Below are positions 55,136 to 62,919 of a DNA stretch of 64,000 bases, piece by piece. This stretch comes from a virus (taxonomy: Duplodnaviria > Caudoviricetes), in IMG/VR virus record IMGVR_UViG_3300046366_000047, positions 985 through 64,984 of that record, one strand, 5' to 3'. Both the position numbers and the translations under genes were made by a program. The notes beneath the pieces are model-generated. The model did not search any database, was not told where the DNA came from, and saw only the letters and a program-made list of their open reading frames with translations. The stretch's first letter is position 1; the number at the start of each line of letters is the position of its first letter.

Positions 55136-55528
55136 ATGAAAGACATGAAAATCTTGGATTTGTTGATGAACTATTTACCTAATGAGTATGTAGATTGTGT
55201 AGTGAATAACCTTGACGATTTCGATGTGTTAGAGGATGAAGGCTTCTCAATCGAGGCAGAGTTAATGACGCTATTCGATTGGGTAGAATCTAGAGAAGGA
55301 TATGAATTTTGGAATCAAGTATTCCATTACGTCCTTGGAGATGCCGAGCTTCCTCCTTTACCTATAGATATTAATTACAAGCCATCATTAGTCATGAATA
55401 TGAAAGATGGTATGTATATAATGAATGCAGGTAACACAGGGCTTAACATCAAGTATGAGGTTATTATGAAAGACCTACATAAGGCAGAGAATAAAGCCCA
55501 GGAACAAGTGTTGATGTGGTTAAATTAA
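55136..55528 (+). CDS. Early protein, paralog 4
   Basis: LFDWVESREGYEFW. Confidence 0.6.
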   Translation: MKDMKILDLLMNYLPNEYVDCVVNNLDDFDVLEDEGFSIEAELMTLFDWVESREGYEFWNQVFHYVLGDAELPPLPIDINYKPSLVMNMKDGMYIMNAGNTGLNIKYEVIMKDLHKAENKAQEQVLMWLN

Positions 55529-55582
55529 TCACTATCAAACAAAAAATTATTCACCTAAATTTTTTTATTTAAAAATGTTTTA

Positions 55583-55590
55583 TACATTTG
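55583..55590 (+). promoter_or_regulatory. Bacteroidota -7 promoter box
   Basis: TACATTTG. Confidence 0.6.
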
Positions 55591-55650
55591 TGTCATCGAA
55601 TCCACACTTCGATATCTAGTTTTGCTTATATCATGGTAGATATATAATAA

Positions 55651-55690
55651 AAAACCCTAGTCGAGTGTGGAAAGCGATTAGGGTTTTTTT
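55651..55690 (+). terminator. Leader terminator hairpin
   Basis: AAAACCCTAGTCG/CGATTAGGGTTTT stem followed by a T run. Confidence 0.7.
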
Positions 55691-55963
55691 ATGCCCGAAA
55701 GGCGTTGTATATAAGCAAGATACCCCTCCAAGTCACAAGCAAGGATATCGTGTTCTTTATGTAGCACGATGTAAAAATAAATGTCTTAAATGATATCAGG
55801 GTTTTCTTAACTTGTCTCCCAGTATCAGCCTCAAATGAAACTGACAACTCAACGGAAGTAAGTTATGGTGATAGATAAGTTGATAACCTTTCTAGTTGGG
55901 GTTGGGGTTGTCAACTTGTTTATTGTCACCTTAAATCTACATCCAATCTAACAAAAGTAAATT

Positions 55964-56308
55964 ATGAATAGGAAAGAACAATACCTCCAATTACTTAAAG
56001 ATGATAGATGGGCATCAAAAAGAAAAGAAATTTATATACGAGATGGGTATAAGTGTAAAGTTTGCGGACTTGGAAATAGAGTATTGCAAGTTCACCACAA
56101 AGTATACTACAGCAAAACAAATCCATGGGATATACCCGATCAATTTTTAGTAACAGTATGTGTTAAATGCCATCAGCACATACATAACACAAAAAAAATA
56201 AGAACAATATCAAACAAAAAAATAACAACTGAAGCTAAAAAGATGAAGAAGTTATTGAAATTTAAGAAATTAGCCGAGGAAACAAAAAAGAAATACAGAT
56301 TAGTATAA
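55964..56308 (+). CDS. HNH endonuclease
   Basis: RW..KR..I..RDGYKC..C...LQVHH..Y......LVTVC..CH..IH. Confidence 0.85.
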   Translation: MNRKEQYLQLLKDDRWASKRKEIYIRDGYKCKVCGLGNRVLQVHHKVYYSKTNPWDIPDQFLVTVCVKCHQHIHNTKKIRTISNKKITTEAKKMKKLLKFKKLAEETKKKYRLV

Positions 56309-56439
56309 AAGCGAAGCTATAAATAACAAATAATTAACAATATGAAGAATGATATCTTAACATTCATAAGCTTCTTCTTAGTAGTAGGCTCTTTAATGGC
56401 AGTAATTATTGCAGTTGCATCACAATTATTTGAAGGTAT

Positions 56440-56697
56440 ATGAAACGTAGACAGATTGAACCATCAGACTATAGGTCAAGTAAACAATATAATTCGTCAC
56501 TAGACGCTGTTGGAGTAGCATTACTTGGATTCATCATTATAATATTATCATTGATGATGATAAGTAAATGTAAATCACCTGATCAACCTAAGGCAAAGAA
56601 AGAAGTAATTGCTGTGTACAAAGAAAAGTATGCAGTTAATATTACTGACGGCAAACGTAAGTATTTAGACCACATATTTAAACAACAAGAACAATGA
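56440..56697 (+). CDS. Membrane-anchored small protein ending FKQQEQ
   Basis: One TM helix; C-terminus encoded by the junction repeat. Confidence 0.6.
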   Translation: MKRRQIEPSDYRSSKQYNSSLDAVGVALLGFIIIILSLMMISKCKSPDQPKAKKEVIAVYKEKYAVNITDGKRKYLDHIFKQQEQ

Positions 56698-56909
56698 AAG
56701 AGTTTAAGCAGTACAGAAGAAAGAGTATATCTGAGATGAGACCTTATGTTGAAGGTGAGATTTTAGATGGCAAGGTGTCAATCTCACAAGCCGACAAAGA
56801 TAATGGAAGTCCAAAGTTAGGTGATATGATTGCAAGAAATCCAAAAAACCACGAAGACCAATGGCTTGTAGCCAAGCAATACTTTGAGGATAATTTAGAA
56901 GAAATTTAA
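56694..56909 (+). CDS. Conserved small phage protein
   Basis: FKQYRRK..SEMRPY...GDMIARNPKNHEDQWLVAK.YF; ATG lies in the repeat. Confidence 0.7.
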   Translation: MKEFKQYRRKSISEMRPYVEGEILDGKVSISQADKDNGSPKLGDMIARNPKNHEDQWLVAKQYFEDNLEEI

Positions 56910-56921
56910 ACAATAAGAATA

Positions 56922-57110
56922 ATGGAAGAGAAAAGACAAGATTTCCTTATATATGGAGTAGAGTACGACCTATTTAGAGATGGTCAACATATTGGTTCTG
57001 CAGTATGGACTGATGATGAAAACATTGGTGATTCATTTGTCCAAGTACAACCGAACGGAGAAAACTTAGTATTTATAGCAGATGAATGGACCTTTAAAAA
57101 AGAAGAATAA
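56922..57110 (+). CDS. Small cassette ORF
   Basis: Flanked by repeat variants; ends TFKKEE. Confidence 0.6.
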   Translation: MEEKRQDFLIYGVEYDLFRDGQHIGSAVWTDDENIGDSFVQVQPNGENLVFIADEWTFKKEE

Positions 57111-57225
57111 TGGAAATAATAATAACACTTGCAGCAATTAATATCGCTATACCATTGTGGTCAATTGCATTTCAGATTAGTAAAAGAAGAGATTAGCAAT
57201 CCTTTAAACAAAAAAAATATAAAAA

Positions 57226-57591
57226 ATGATACATGATCCTTGGTATAAAAATTGGGAAGAAGCAATGAAAAAAAGACAAGAGGAAATAGGTAAATTACTA
57301 AATAACGTTAGTATTAGCCATGGAAGCACAACGCTTCATAATCACAGTGGATTCCTTGGTCTTATTAATGAAATGGGATCCGCTGAGAAACCTGTAAATG
57401 TAGAAGATATTACTGATCCTGTAATTGAAGCACTCAAGAAAGAGTTTGATCAGAGAAGCTTCGTAGGTATCAAGAAGTACGGAACTACATTACATGACAA
57501 TAATGAAGATGACTTCTTAGTGGAGTTGCATCACGAACTCATGGATGCATGTGCATACATTATGAAATTAAGGATGCAAAGAAATAAATGA
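57226..57591 (+). CDS. Putative all-alpha dNTP pyrophosphohydrolase-like protein
   Basis: RS.VGIKKYGTTL...ELMDA..Y. Confidence 0.55.
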   Translation: MIHDPWYKNWEEAMKKRQEEIGKLLNNVSISHGSTTLHNHSGFLGLINEMGSAEKPVNVEDITDPVIEALKKEFDQRSFVGIKKYGTTLHDNNEDDFLVELHHELMDACAYIMKLRMQRNK

Positions 57592-57648
57592 TTTTATTTG
57601 TTGTATTTTAAATTAGAATTATTACATTTGTAAACAATCATATTACTT

Positions 57649-57939
57649 ATGAACAAAAAACAAGGAGTTAAGGACTTGATGAAGGCCAAGAGGTATTCAG
57701 TCATTCACCTTACAGAAGCCCTTCAGGTAAAGAATGTACCTGGTAATTGGGACACTTATCAAAATGTATACAACTTTATAAATGGTCGTACACCTCGTGA
57801 TTCATATGCATTCATAGTGTTAGCAGACCTGTTAGATGTAGACTTAAGAACAATCCTTTTGAGATACTCAACCGTTGAGGAAGGAATGACAAAAGCAGTG
57901 GTTGATTTAAACGAAAAGAATTATGAGTATGGATGGTAA
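57649..57939 (+). CDS. HTH transcriptional regulator
   Basis: VYNFING.TP...LADLLDV; preceded by TACATTTG at 57623-57630. Confidence 0.6.
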   Translation: MNKKQGVKDLMKAKRYSVIHLTEALQVKNVPGNWDTYQNVYNFINGRTPRDSYAFIVLADLLDVDLRTILLRYSTVEEGMTKAVVDLNEKNYEYGW

Positions 57940-58141
57940 GGAATTAGTATTTTCTATTATTGACGATGGAGAAAAGACTGATGTGAAAGTAGCAGGTTTA
58001 GCATCTGAATTAGTGATGATGATTGGCAGTATACTTCATGAGAATAAAGATTTAAAGATGGTAATTGAATTATCATTAGAGGCTATCAAGTCTGGAGCTT
58101 TCGATGAAGAAAATATAGTTAGAGCAAATGGAGATGCGTGA
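57923..58141 (+). CDS. Hypothetical protein
   Basis: 72 aa ORF overlapping the upstream gene. Confidence 0.5.
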   Translation: MSMDGKELVFSIIDDGEKTDVKVAGLASELVMMIGSILHENKDLKMVIELSLEAIKSGAFDEENIVRANGDA

Positions 58142-58203
58142 TCGATTTTATGAGGCAATAGGAATTGCATTCGGATTATTATTAATGTATTTAATTTATT
58201 AGT

Positions 58204-59205
58204 ATGAACTATCAAGAATTATCAAGACCACTAGATATTAGTGACATCGACTTTAGAGTACAGTCAATTAATAACGGTGGCTATGCTACAATCTTAGCAT
58301 ACAAAGACGCACGTGTAGATATGGCACGATTAGATGCTGCTGTTGGTCCATTAGAATGGCAACGTAAGCATGAGATTATTAGTGGCAATCTTTATTGTCA
58401 CGTTGGTATCTTTAACGTTAGCATTGGCGAATGGGTATGGAAATGTGACGTAGGTACTGAATCAATGACTGAGGCTACCAAAGGGCAGTCTTCTGATTCA
58501 TTCAAGCGTGCTTGTTTCAATTGGGGTATTGGTCGTGAACTATATGACTACCCAATGATTAGTGTGAAGCTTAATGATAATGAGTGGAGCAAAGATGGTG
58601 GTAGACCTAAGCAAACATACAATCTTAAGATTCGTGAATGGGTATGGTACTCTGAGTTTACTGATGATCGTTTATCTTTCTTAGCTGCTAAGGATGAGAA
58701 TGGTAAGGTACGATTCAAGTGGGGAACTATGAAGCCTAAGCAAACTGAGCCTGAGTATAAGCCAGCATCAGGATCACCTGAGGCAGTAGAAGAAGTAGTA
58801 GCTGAACCTGTAGTAGTTAAGGATGAAGATGCTAACGTAGCAGGTATGCTTAAGAAAAAGAATGAGGAGTTAGATGAGGAGAGAGAGTTGTTAATCGCTG
58901 AGTATACTCGTGTTATCGGTAAGAAGCCTGATGGTAGAATGAAGAATGAAACCATGAAGAAAGCTATTGATGATGCAGTTGCTCAAGCATTAGAGTTACC
59001 TGAAGAGTTGTTAGTTGAAGAACCTGCTGTTGTTGTTGCATCCTCGCTTAAAGATTTCTATGATAGAATCGGAGAGTTCAAGGTTCCAGCACAGTTCATT
59101 GCATGGGCTAGAGATATCGTATCTAAGTATGAGGATATCGAAACAGCTGAAACAATTGAAGAGTTCAGAATCCTTTGTAATAATCACTACAAGAAAATCG
59201 CATAG
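58204..59205 (+). CDS. Rad52/Sak-like single-strand annealing protein
   Basis: LAYKDARVDM.RLD...W....G.L.C.VGI...W.WK.D.G...KG..SDSFKRAC..WGIGRELY. Confidence 0.85.
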   Translation: MNYQELSRPLDISDIDFRVQSINNGGYATILAYKDARVDMARLDAAVGPLEWQRKHEIISGNLYCHVGIFNVSIGEWVWKCDVGTESMTEATKGQSSDSFKRACFNWGIGRELYDYPMISVKLNDNEWSKDGGRPKQTYNLKIREWVWYSEFTDDRLSFLAAKDENGKVRFKWGTMKPKQTEPEYKPASGSPEAVEEVVAEPVVVKDEDANVAGMLKKKNEELDEERELLIAEYTRVIGKKPDGRMKNETMKKAIDDAVAQALELPEELLVEEPAVVVASSLKDFYDRIGEFKVPAQFIAWARDIVSKYEDIETAETIEEFRILCNNHYKKIA

Positions 59206-59207
59206 TA

Positions 59208-59687
59208 ATGGATATTTTTAAAGAAGATAGCACAGGAATGGTAATAGCCTTGGATAATTTGTCTAAGGCTAACCTTTCTAAGATGGCTAATGAAATAGTA
59301 TTGACCTCTATAGAAGGAGGCTACGAGGATCCACTAGAGGCTTACATTAAAGCTAAGGGATTGTCTGAGATTGCTGATGGTATTATGACTGGTCTTAAGG
59401 ACTACGCTATGAAAGAAGCATATCGATATGAGAAAGATCAGAAGGTCTTAGGATGTAGTGTATTAGTAAAGGCTACACCTAATACGTATGACTTCTCACA
59501 TAATCCTTCATGGATTCACCTCAACAATGAGATTAACAGACTGAAAGCAGAGCAGAAAGATATTGAGAAGCAGATGATTCTCGCTATCGGATACTCTGAG
59601 ATGATATCAGCTGATGGAGAATTGATTGAGCCTGCTACGATTAAGAAGGCAGGAGGAGAAACTATTCAAGTAACAATACCTAAGTAA
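59208..59687 (+). CDS. Hypothetical protein next to the annealing protein
   Basis: 159 aa with YDFS...W and a coiled-coil segment. Confidence 0.6.
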   Translation: MDIFKEDSTGMVIALDNLSKANLSKMANEIVLTSIEGGYEDPLEAYIKAKGLSEIADGIMTGLKDYAMKEAYRYEKDQKVLGCSVLVKATPNTYDFSHNPSWIHLNNEINRLKAEQKDIEKQMILAIGYSEMISADGELIEPATIKKAGGETIQVTIPK

Positions 59688-59703
59688 CTAAACAACAAGA
59701 ACA

Positions 59704-59940
59704 ATGAATACACTAAAAATGACCCCAAATTTTTTACCACTAGAGAAAGTTGATTTTACAGAAGAGCAACTAATTGAGATGTATAATTTAGTCTTTAAGA
59801 GTCCTAAAAGTAATGGATTTATGAAAGCAGAAATGAAGGATTTGCTTTTTGATAAAGACTATTGGTTTATGGAGTTCAAGCAGGACAATTGGGAAGAAAA
59901 CTTGAAGAACAAGTTGATTGAATTTGGAGTAGACCTTTAA
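59704..59940 (+). CDS. Repeat-delimited cassette ORF
   Basis: Start and stop both lie in repeat copies. Confidence 0.6.
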   Translation: MNTLKMTPNFLPLEKVDFTEEQLIEMYNLVFKSPKSNGFMKAEMKDLLFDKDYWFMEFKQDNWEENLKNKLIEFGVDL

Positions 59941-60007
59941 ACAACAAGACAATGAAAGAACAAACACTTGAAGAGTATTGGGATGAAAAGTTTAAACGAC
60001 AATAGCA

Positions 60008-60208
60008 ATGAGACTAGTTAAGACAAAAAACATGCTTCGAGAGTATATCACTAGAAACATGGAAGAACAAAGAGGCAGACCTATAACAGATATTGAAATT
60101 AGACAAGTAAAACAAGAGCTGACGAAGTTTGAAAGAATGCATAAGTTCTACATGATTAGTACAATACTTTTATTTGTTACACTTTTGGTAATACTATTCA
60201 ACCTTTAA
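60008..60208 (+). CDS. Repeat-delimited cassette ORF (C-terminal TM helix)
   Basis: Start and stop both lie in repeat copies. Confidence 0.6.
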   Translation: MRLVKTKNMLREYITRNMEEQRGRPITDIEIRQVKQELTKFERMHKFYMISTILLFVTLLVILFNL

Positions 60209-60220
60209 ACAACAAGAACA

Positions 60221-60415
60221 ATGAAAGAAGAACAACTTAAAGAAGCATTAGAAATAATCAGAAAATTTGTCAATGAATTTGATGAAGAAGGTGAAGTATC
60301 TTACAACACAAGGGATGAGGCTGAGATTTTTTTAACTAAACAACAGCATCAAATAGTAACTCAATACAGAGATGGAACTATTCAAGTAGAAACATTTAAA
60401 CAACAAGAACAATGA
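60221..60415 (+). CDS. Repeat-delimited cassette ORF ending FKQQEQ
   Basis: Start and end both lie in repeat copies. Confidence 0.65.
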   Translation: MKEEQLKEALEIIRKFVNEFDEEGEVSYNTRDEAEIFLTKQQHQIVTQYRDGTIQVETFKQQEQ

Positions 60416-60552
60416 AAAGAATAGTTTATAACACATTAATTGTATTGGCAGTATGTTTATTTTTATTTATGCTTGGATTTTTAAAGTATAAAATATGGAG
60501 AGCAGAACACCCAACTGCAGAAACTTGGACTTTTTGGGTATCAAAAAAGTAA
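60412..60552 (+). CDS. Cassette ORF, small membrane protein (46 aa)
   Basis: MKRIVYNTLIVLAVCLFLFMLGFLKYKIW...; ATG lies in the repeat. Confidence 0.55.
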   Translation: MKRIVYNTLIVLAVCLFLFMLGFLKYKIWRAEHPTAETWTFWVSKK

Positions 60553-60614
60553 AAAAATATACACGTATTACTTATTATGTATAGAAAATGAAAAAACATT
60601 AACACGTAAAAAAT

Positions 60615-60746
60615 ATGACAGCGGTAGAATTTTTAGTAAAAGAAATAAACAAACTAACGGGACTTACCATCGCAATGGATGAGCCTTGTGTTGAACAAGC
60701 CAAAGAAATGGAAAAGAAACAGATTATTACCCATAAAAAATCATAA
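60615..60746 (+). CDS. Small ORF (MTAVEFL...EQAKEMEKKQII)
   Basis: Translated by eye; 43 aa. Confidence 0.5.
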   Translation: MTAVEFLVKEINKLTGLTIAMDEPCVEQAKEMEKKQIITHKKS

Positions 60747-60749
60747 CTC

Positions 60750-61085
60750 ATGAAAACAGAAAAATACGCTGGCCTTGGGATATTCCAAGAAGCAAAGCAG
60801 AGAAAATTAGACGGTATGGGATACCGAGCAAACCGAGTTAAAGTAATTTGGCAAAGCAAAAGCTGCGATTGGCAACATCTAAACTTGCAATGGGGAATTC
60901 GATGGTCAGACAAATGGCAACTATTTCCAATCAGAAACGTTAGCAGTAACTGCAACCGAGCATTGATGTTTGGGTTCTGGAAATTACACTTTACTGTTTC
61001 CTATGCACGAGCAGGATACTTTAACCAATACCGCAAACTATTCTTACGCAAGAGATTGTGGAAGTTTTACCAATTAGTTTCTTAA
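60750..61085 (+). CDS. Hypothetical Trp-rich protein
   Basis: 111 aa ORF ending just before a repeat copy. Confidence 0.5.
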   Translation: MKTEKYAGLGIFQEAKQRKLDGMGYRANRVKVIWQSKSCDWQHLNLQWGIRWSDKWQLFPIRNVSSNCNRALMFGFWKLHFTVSYARAGYFNQYRKLFLRKRLWKFYQLVS

Positions 61086-61107
61086 AAACCTTTAAACAAC
61101 AAGAACA

Positions 61108-61272
61108 ATGAAAGAGATGTTAGAATTTATACTTGAAGTAATAGGATTTACTATTATATGGCATGCGGTAAACTATAAAAGAGAAACAATAATAGAATCT
61201 TATTCAACTCTTTGGTTTTCAATAATTGGTATGATGATTATTGCAGGAACTTTAATACAAGTAAACCTTTAA
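61108..61272 (+). CDS. Cassette ORF, two-TM small membrane protein (54 aa)
   Basis: ATG lies in the repeat; stop lies in the AACCTTTAA variant. Confidence 0.55.
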   Translation: MKEMLEFILEVIGFTIIWHAVNYKRETIIESYSTLWFSIIGMMIIAGTLIQVNL

Positions 61273-61327
61273 ATCATAATAATCATATTGTTGGAGTCAA
61301 CAAAATGATAACTAAACAACAAGAACA

Positions 61328-61450
61328 ATGAAAGAAGGAAAGTTTATTCTAACAAGTCCTGTACATAAGATATTCTATCGCAGATATCGTATGAATGATA
61401 GATTTATTAAAGCAGTTATGGGCTGTTACAAAAACAACGAAGAAGATTAA
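61328..61450 (+). CDS. Cassette ORF (40 aa)
   Basis: ATG lies in the repeat; stop abuts the next gene. Confidence 0.45.
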   Translation: MKEGKFILTSPVHKIFYRRYRMNDRFIKAVMGCYKNNEED

Positions 61451-61451
61451 T

Positions 61452-61988
61452 ATGGCAAAGAAAAAGAAAGTAGAGAAGGCAGAGATTCAGTACGACACTG
61501 TATACTTGCTTCGTGGTGTAATGAAGATATCCTCAGCATTAGTTGATCTTGATGATATTATGGATAACGGAAAGTATTATCGATTCAGATTCAAGAAAGA
61601 AGTTGAGAAGTGGGCTAAGTTTATGGAGTTACATACTGCTCAGTTAATGAGTTCATTAGTAGAAGAAGACTCTACGTTGCTTATGGATATCTACAAGGCA
61701 TTAGATGAATCAACGAACAAGGTTCAGATAAGCCCGGAGAAGACTCCATTAGTTATATTCTATTGCAAGATCAAGAGTGCGATGAATGATATCGATGAGA
61801 TGAAAGAGAATAGAAATACATTCTATCCACGCTTCATTGAGATATATACCAGTGCTGTTATCAAGCAAATGGATAAACAATTCAATGCTATCCTTAACAC
61901 GAAGGATGCAGAGGACAGAGGATTGGATTTTATTATTAACTTCTTCGATGAGTTCGGTAAGAACATTATGAAATTCGAGGACAAATAG
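61452..61988 (+). CDS. Hypothetical protein
   Basis: ORF track 61395..61988; MAKKKK start at 61452 preferred. Confidence 0.6.
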   Translation: MAKKKKVEKAEIQYDTVYLLRGVMKISSALVDLDDIMDNGKYYRFRFKKEVEKWAKFMELHTAQLMSSLVEEDSTLLMDIYKALDESTNKVQISPEKTPLVIFYCKIKSAMNDIDEMKENRNTFYPRFIEIYTSAVIKQMDKQFNAILNTKDAEDRGLDFIINFFDEFGKNIMKFEDK

Positions 61989-62174
61989 ATTTACTATGTT
62001 TAATTTTATTGGAATAATATGTTACTCGATAGTTATATTGTTTTGCTGGATAGTTTCTACTAGCCTTACTATTAACTATGAGATTGATAACGAGACAAGG
62101 ATGCTTCGTTCAGTACATTTCTTTTTAGCTGTTGCCTGTGCAATTGGCATCGGATTTCTTTTAAATTAATTGTT

Positions 62175-62492
62175 ATGAGTTGGGAAGATTGGCTATTGAA
62201 CAATGGTCACTCTAATGAGATGTCAGCACACGATAGACTATTGGAGATGGCAATTGATTCATATGGTATCAGAGATAAAAATAGGAAGATGGAGATCATA
62301 GATAGAAAACATTTCTTAGTTTTATGGTGGAAAAAGAATCAAGATTTACTTAACAAGTATAACACTATGACTTCCCTGGCTAGGCTGATTAATATAAATC
62401 ACGCTACCGTTAACCACTACGAGAAGCATAGGAAGAAGTCACGATTATTCAATGAGAATACAGATTGCATTAGGGATTTTTTAAATAGCTAA
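62175..62492 (+). CDS. DnaA C-terminal-like HTH protein
   Basis: SLARLININHATVNHY resembles the DnaA domain IV helix-turn-helix. Confidence 0.6.
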   Translation: MSWEDWLLNNGHSNEMSAHDRLLEMAIDSYGIRDKNRKMEIIDRKHFLVLWWKKNQDLLNKYNTMTSLARLININHATVNHYEKHRKKSRLFNENTDCIRDFLNS

Positions 62493-62497
62493 CTACC

Positions 62498-62917
62498 ATG
62501 GTATATAAAAATTTAGATGCGGTTCTGAATAAGTTATTCGGACCGTTTGCGGAAGAACGCACCCTTATTTTAAATGCTCTCAAGAAAGATGAAGAATTAA
62601 ATGCATCACTCAGTAAGTCTGATGATGTGTCTAAGATTATAAATATCTTCAATGAGGTGTTTGGTAAGAACTCAAAGGTGATGAGTAAAAAGGTACTAAA
62701 TAAGTACAAAGAGATACTCAAGTATTACAGTCTTACTGAAGTACAATTAGCTATGCAGAATGCTAAGGCTGATGAATTCCATATTGAGAATAACTTTAAG
62801 TACTGTACTATTGAATACTTCTCTAGGATTGAACAAATGGACAAGTGGATGAACATCGTTAAGGAACAAAAACAAAAGGCTGAATTTATATTGCCGAAAT
62901 TTAATGTTAGGGGGTAA
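62498..62917 (+). CDS. Putative replication initiator / helicase-loader-associated protein
   Basis: II..FN...GK...AM.NAK.D.FH.......EYF.R; immediately upstream of DnaB. Confidence 0.5.
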   Translation: MVYKNLDAVLNKLFGPFAEERTLILNALKKDEELNASLSKSDDVSKIINIFNEVFGKNSKVMSKKVLNKYKEILKYYSLTEVQLAMQNAKADEFHIENNFKYCTIEYFSRIEQMDKWMNIVKEQKQKAEFILPKFNVRG

Positions 62918-62919
62918 GG

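Larger units (their letters stand above)
56677..61330 (+). repeat. Dispersed gene-junction repeat (ACC)TTTAAACAACAAGAACAATG
   Basis: Exact 18-mer TAAACAACAAGAACAATG at 56679, 59689, 60206, 60397, 61093, 61313; variants near 56905, 57090, 59933, 59991 (and at 53739 outside this span). Confidence 0.9.

Noticed and set aside
56677-61330. CRISPR array interpretation of the ~20-nt repeats
   Set aside because: Spacing is irregular (about 60 nt to over 2 kb), the intervening DNA is protein-coding and no cas genes are present.
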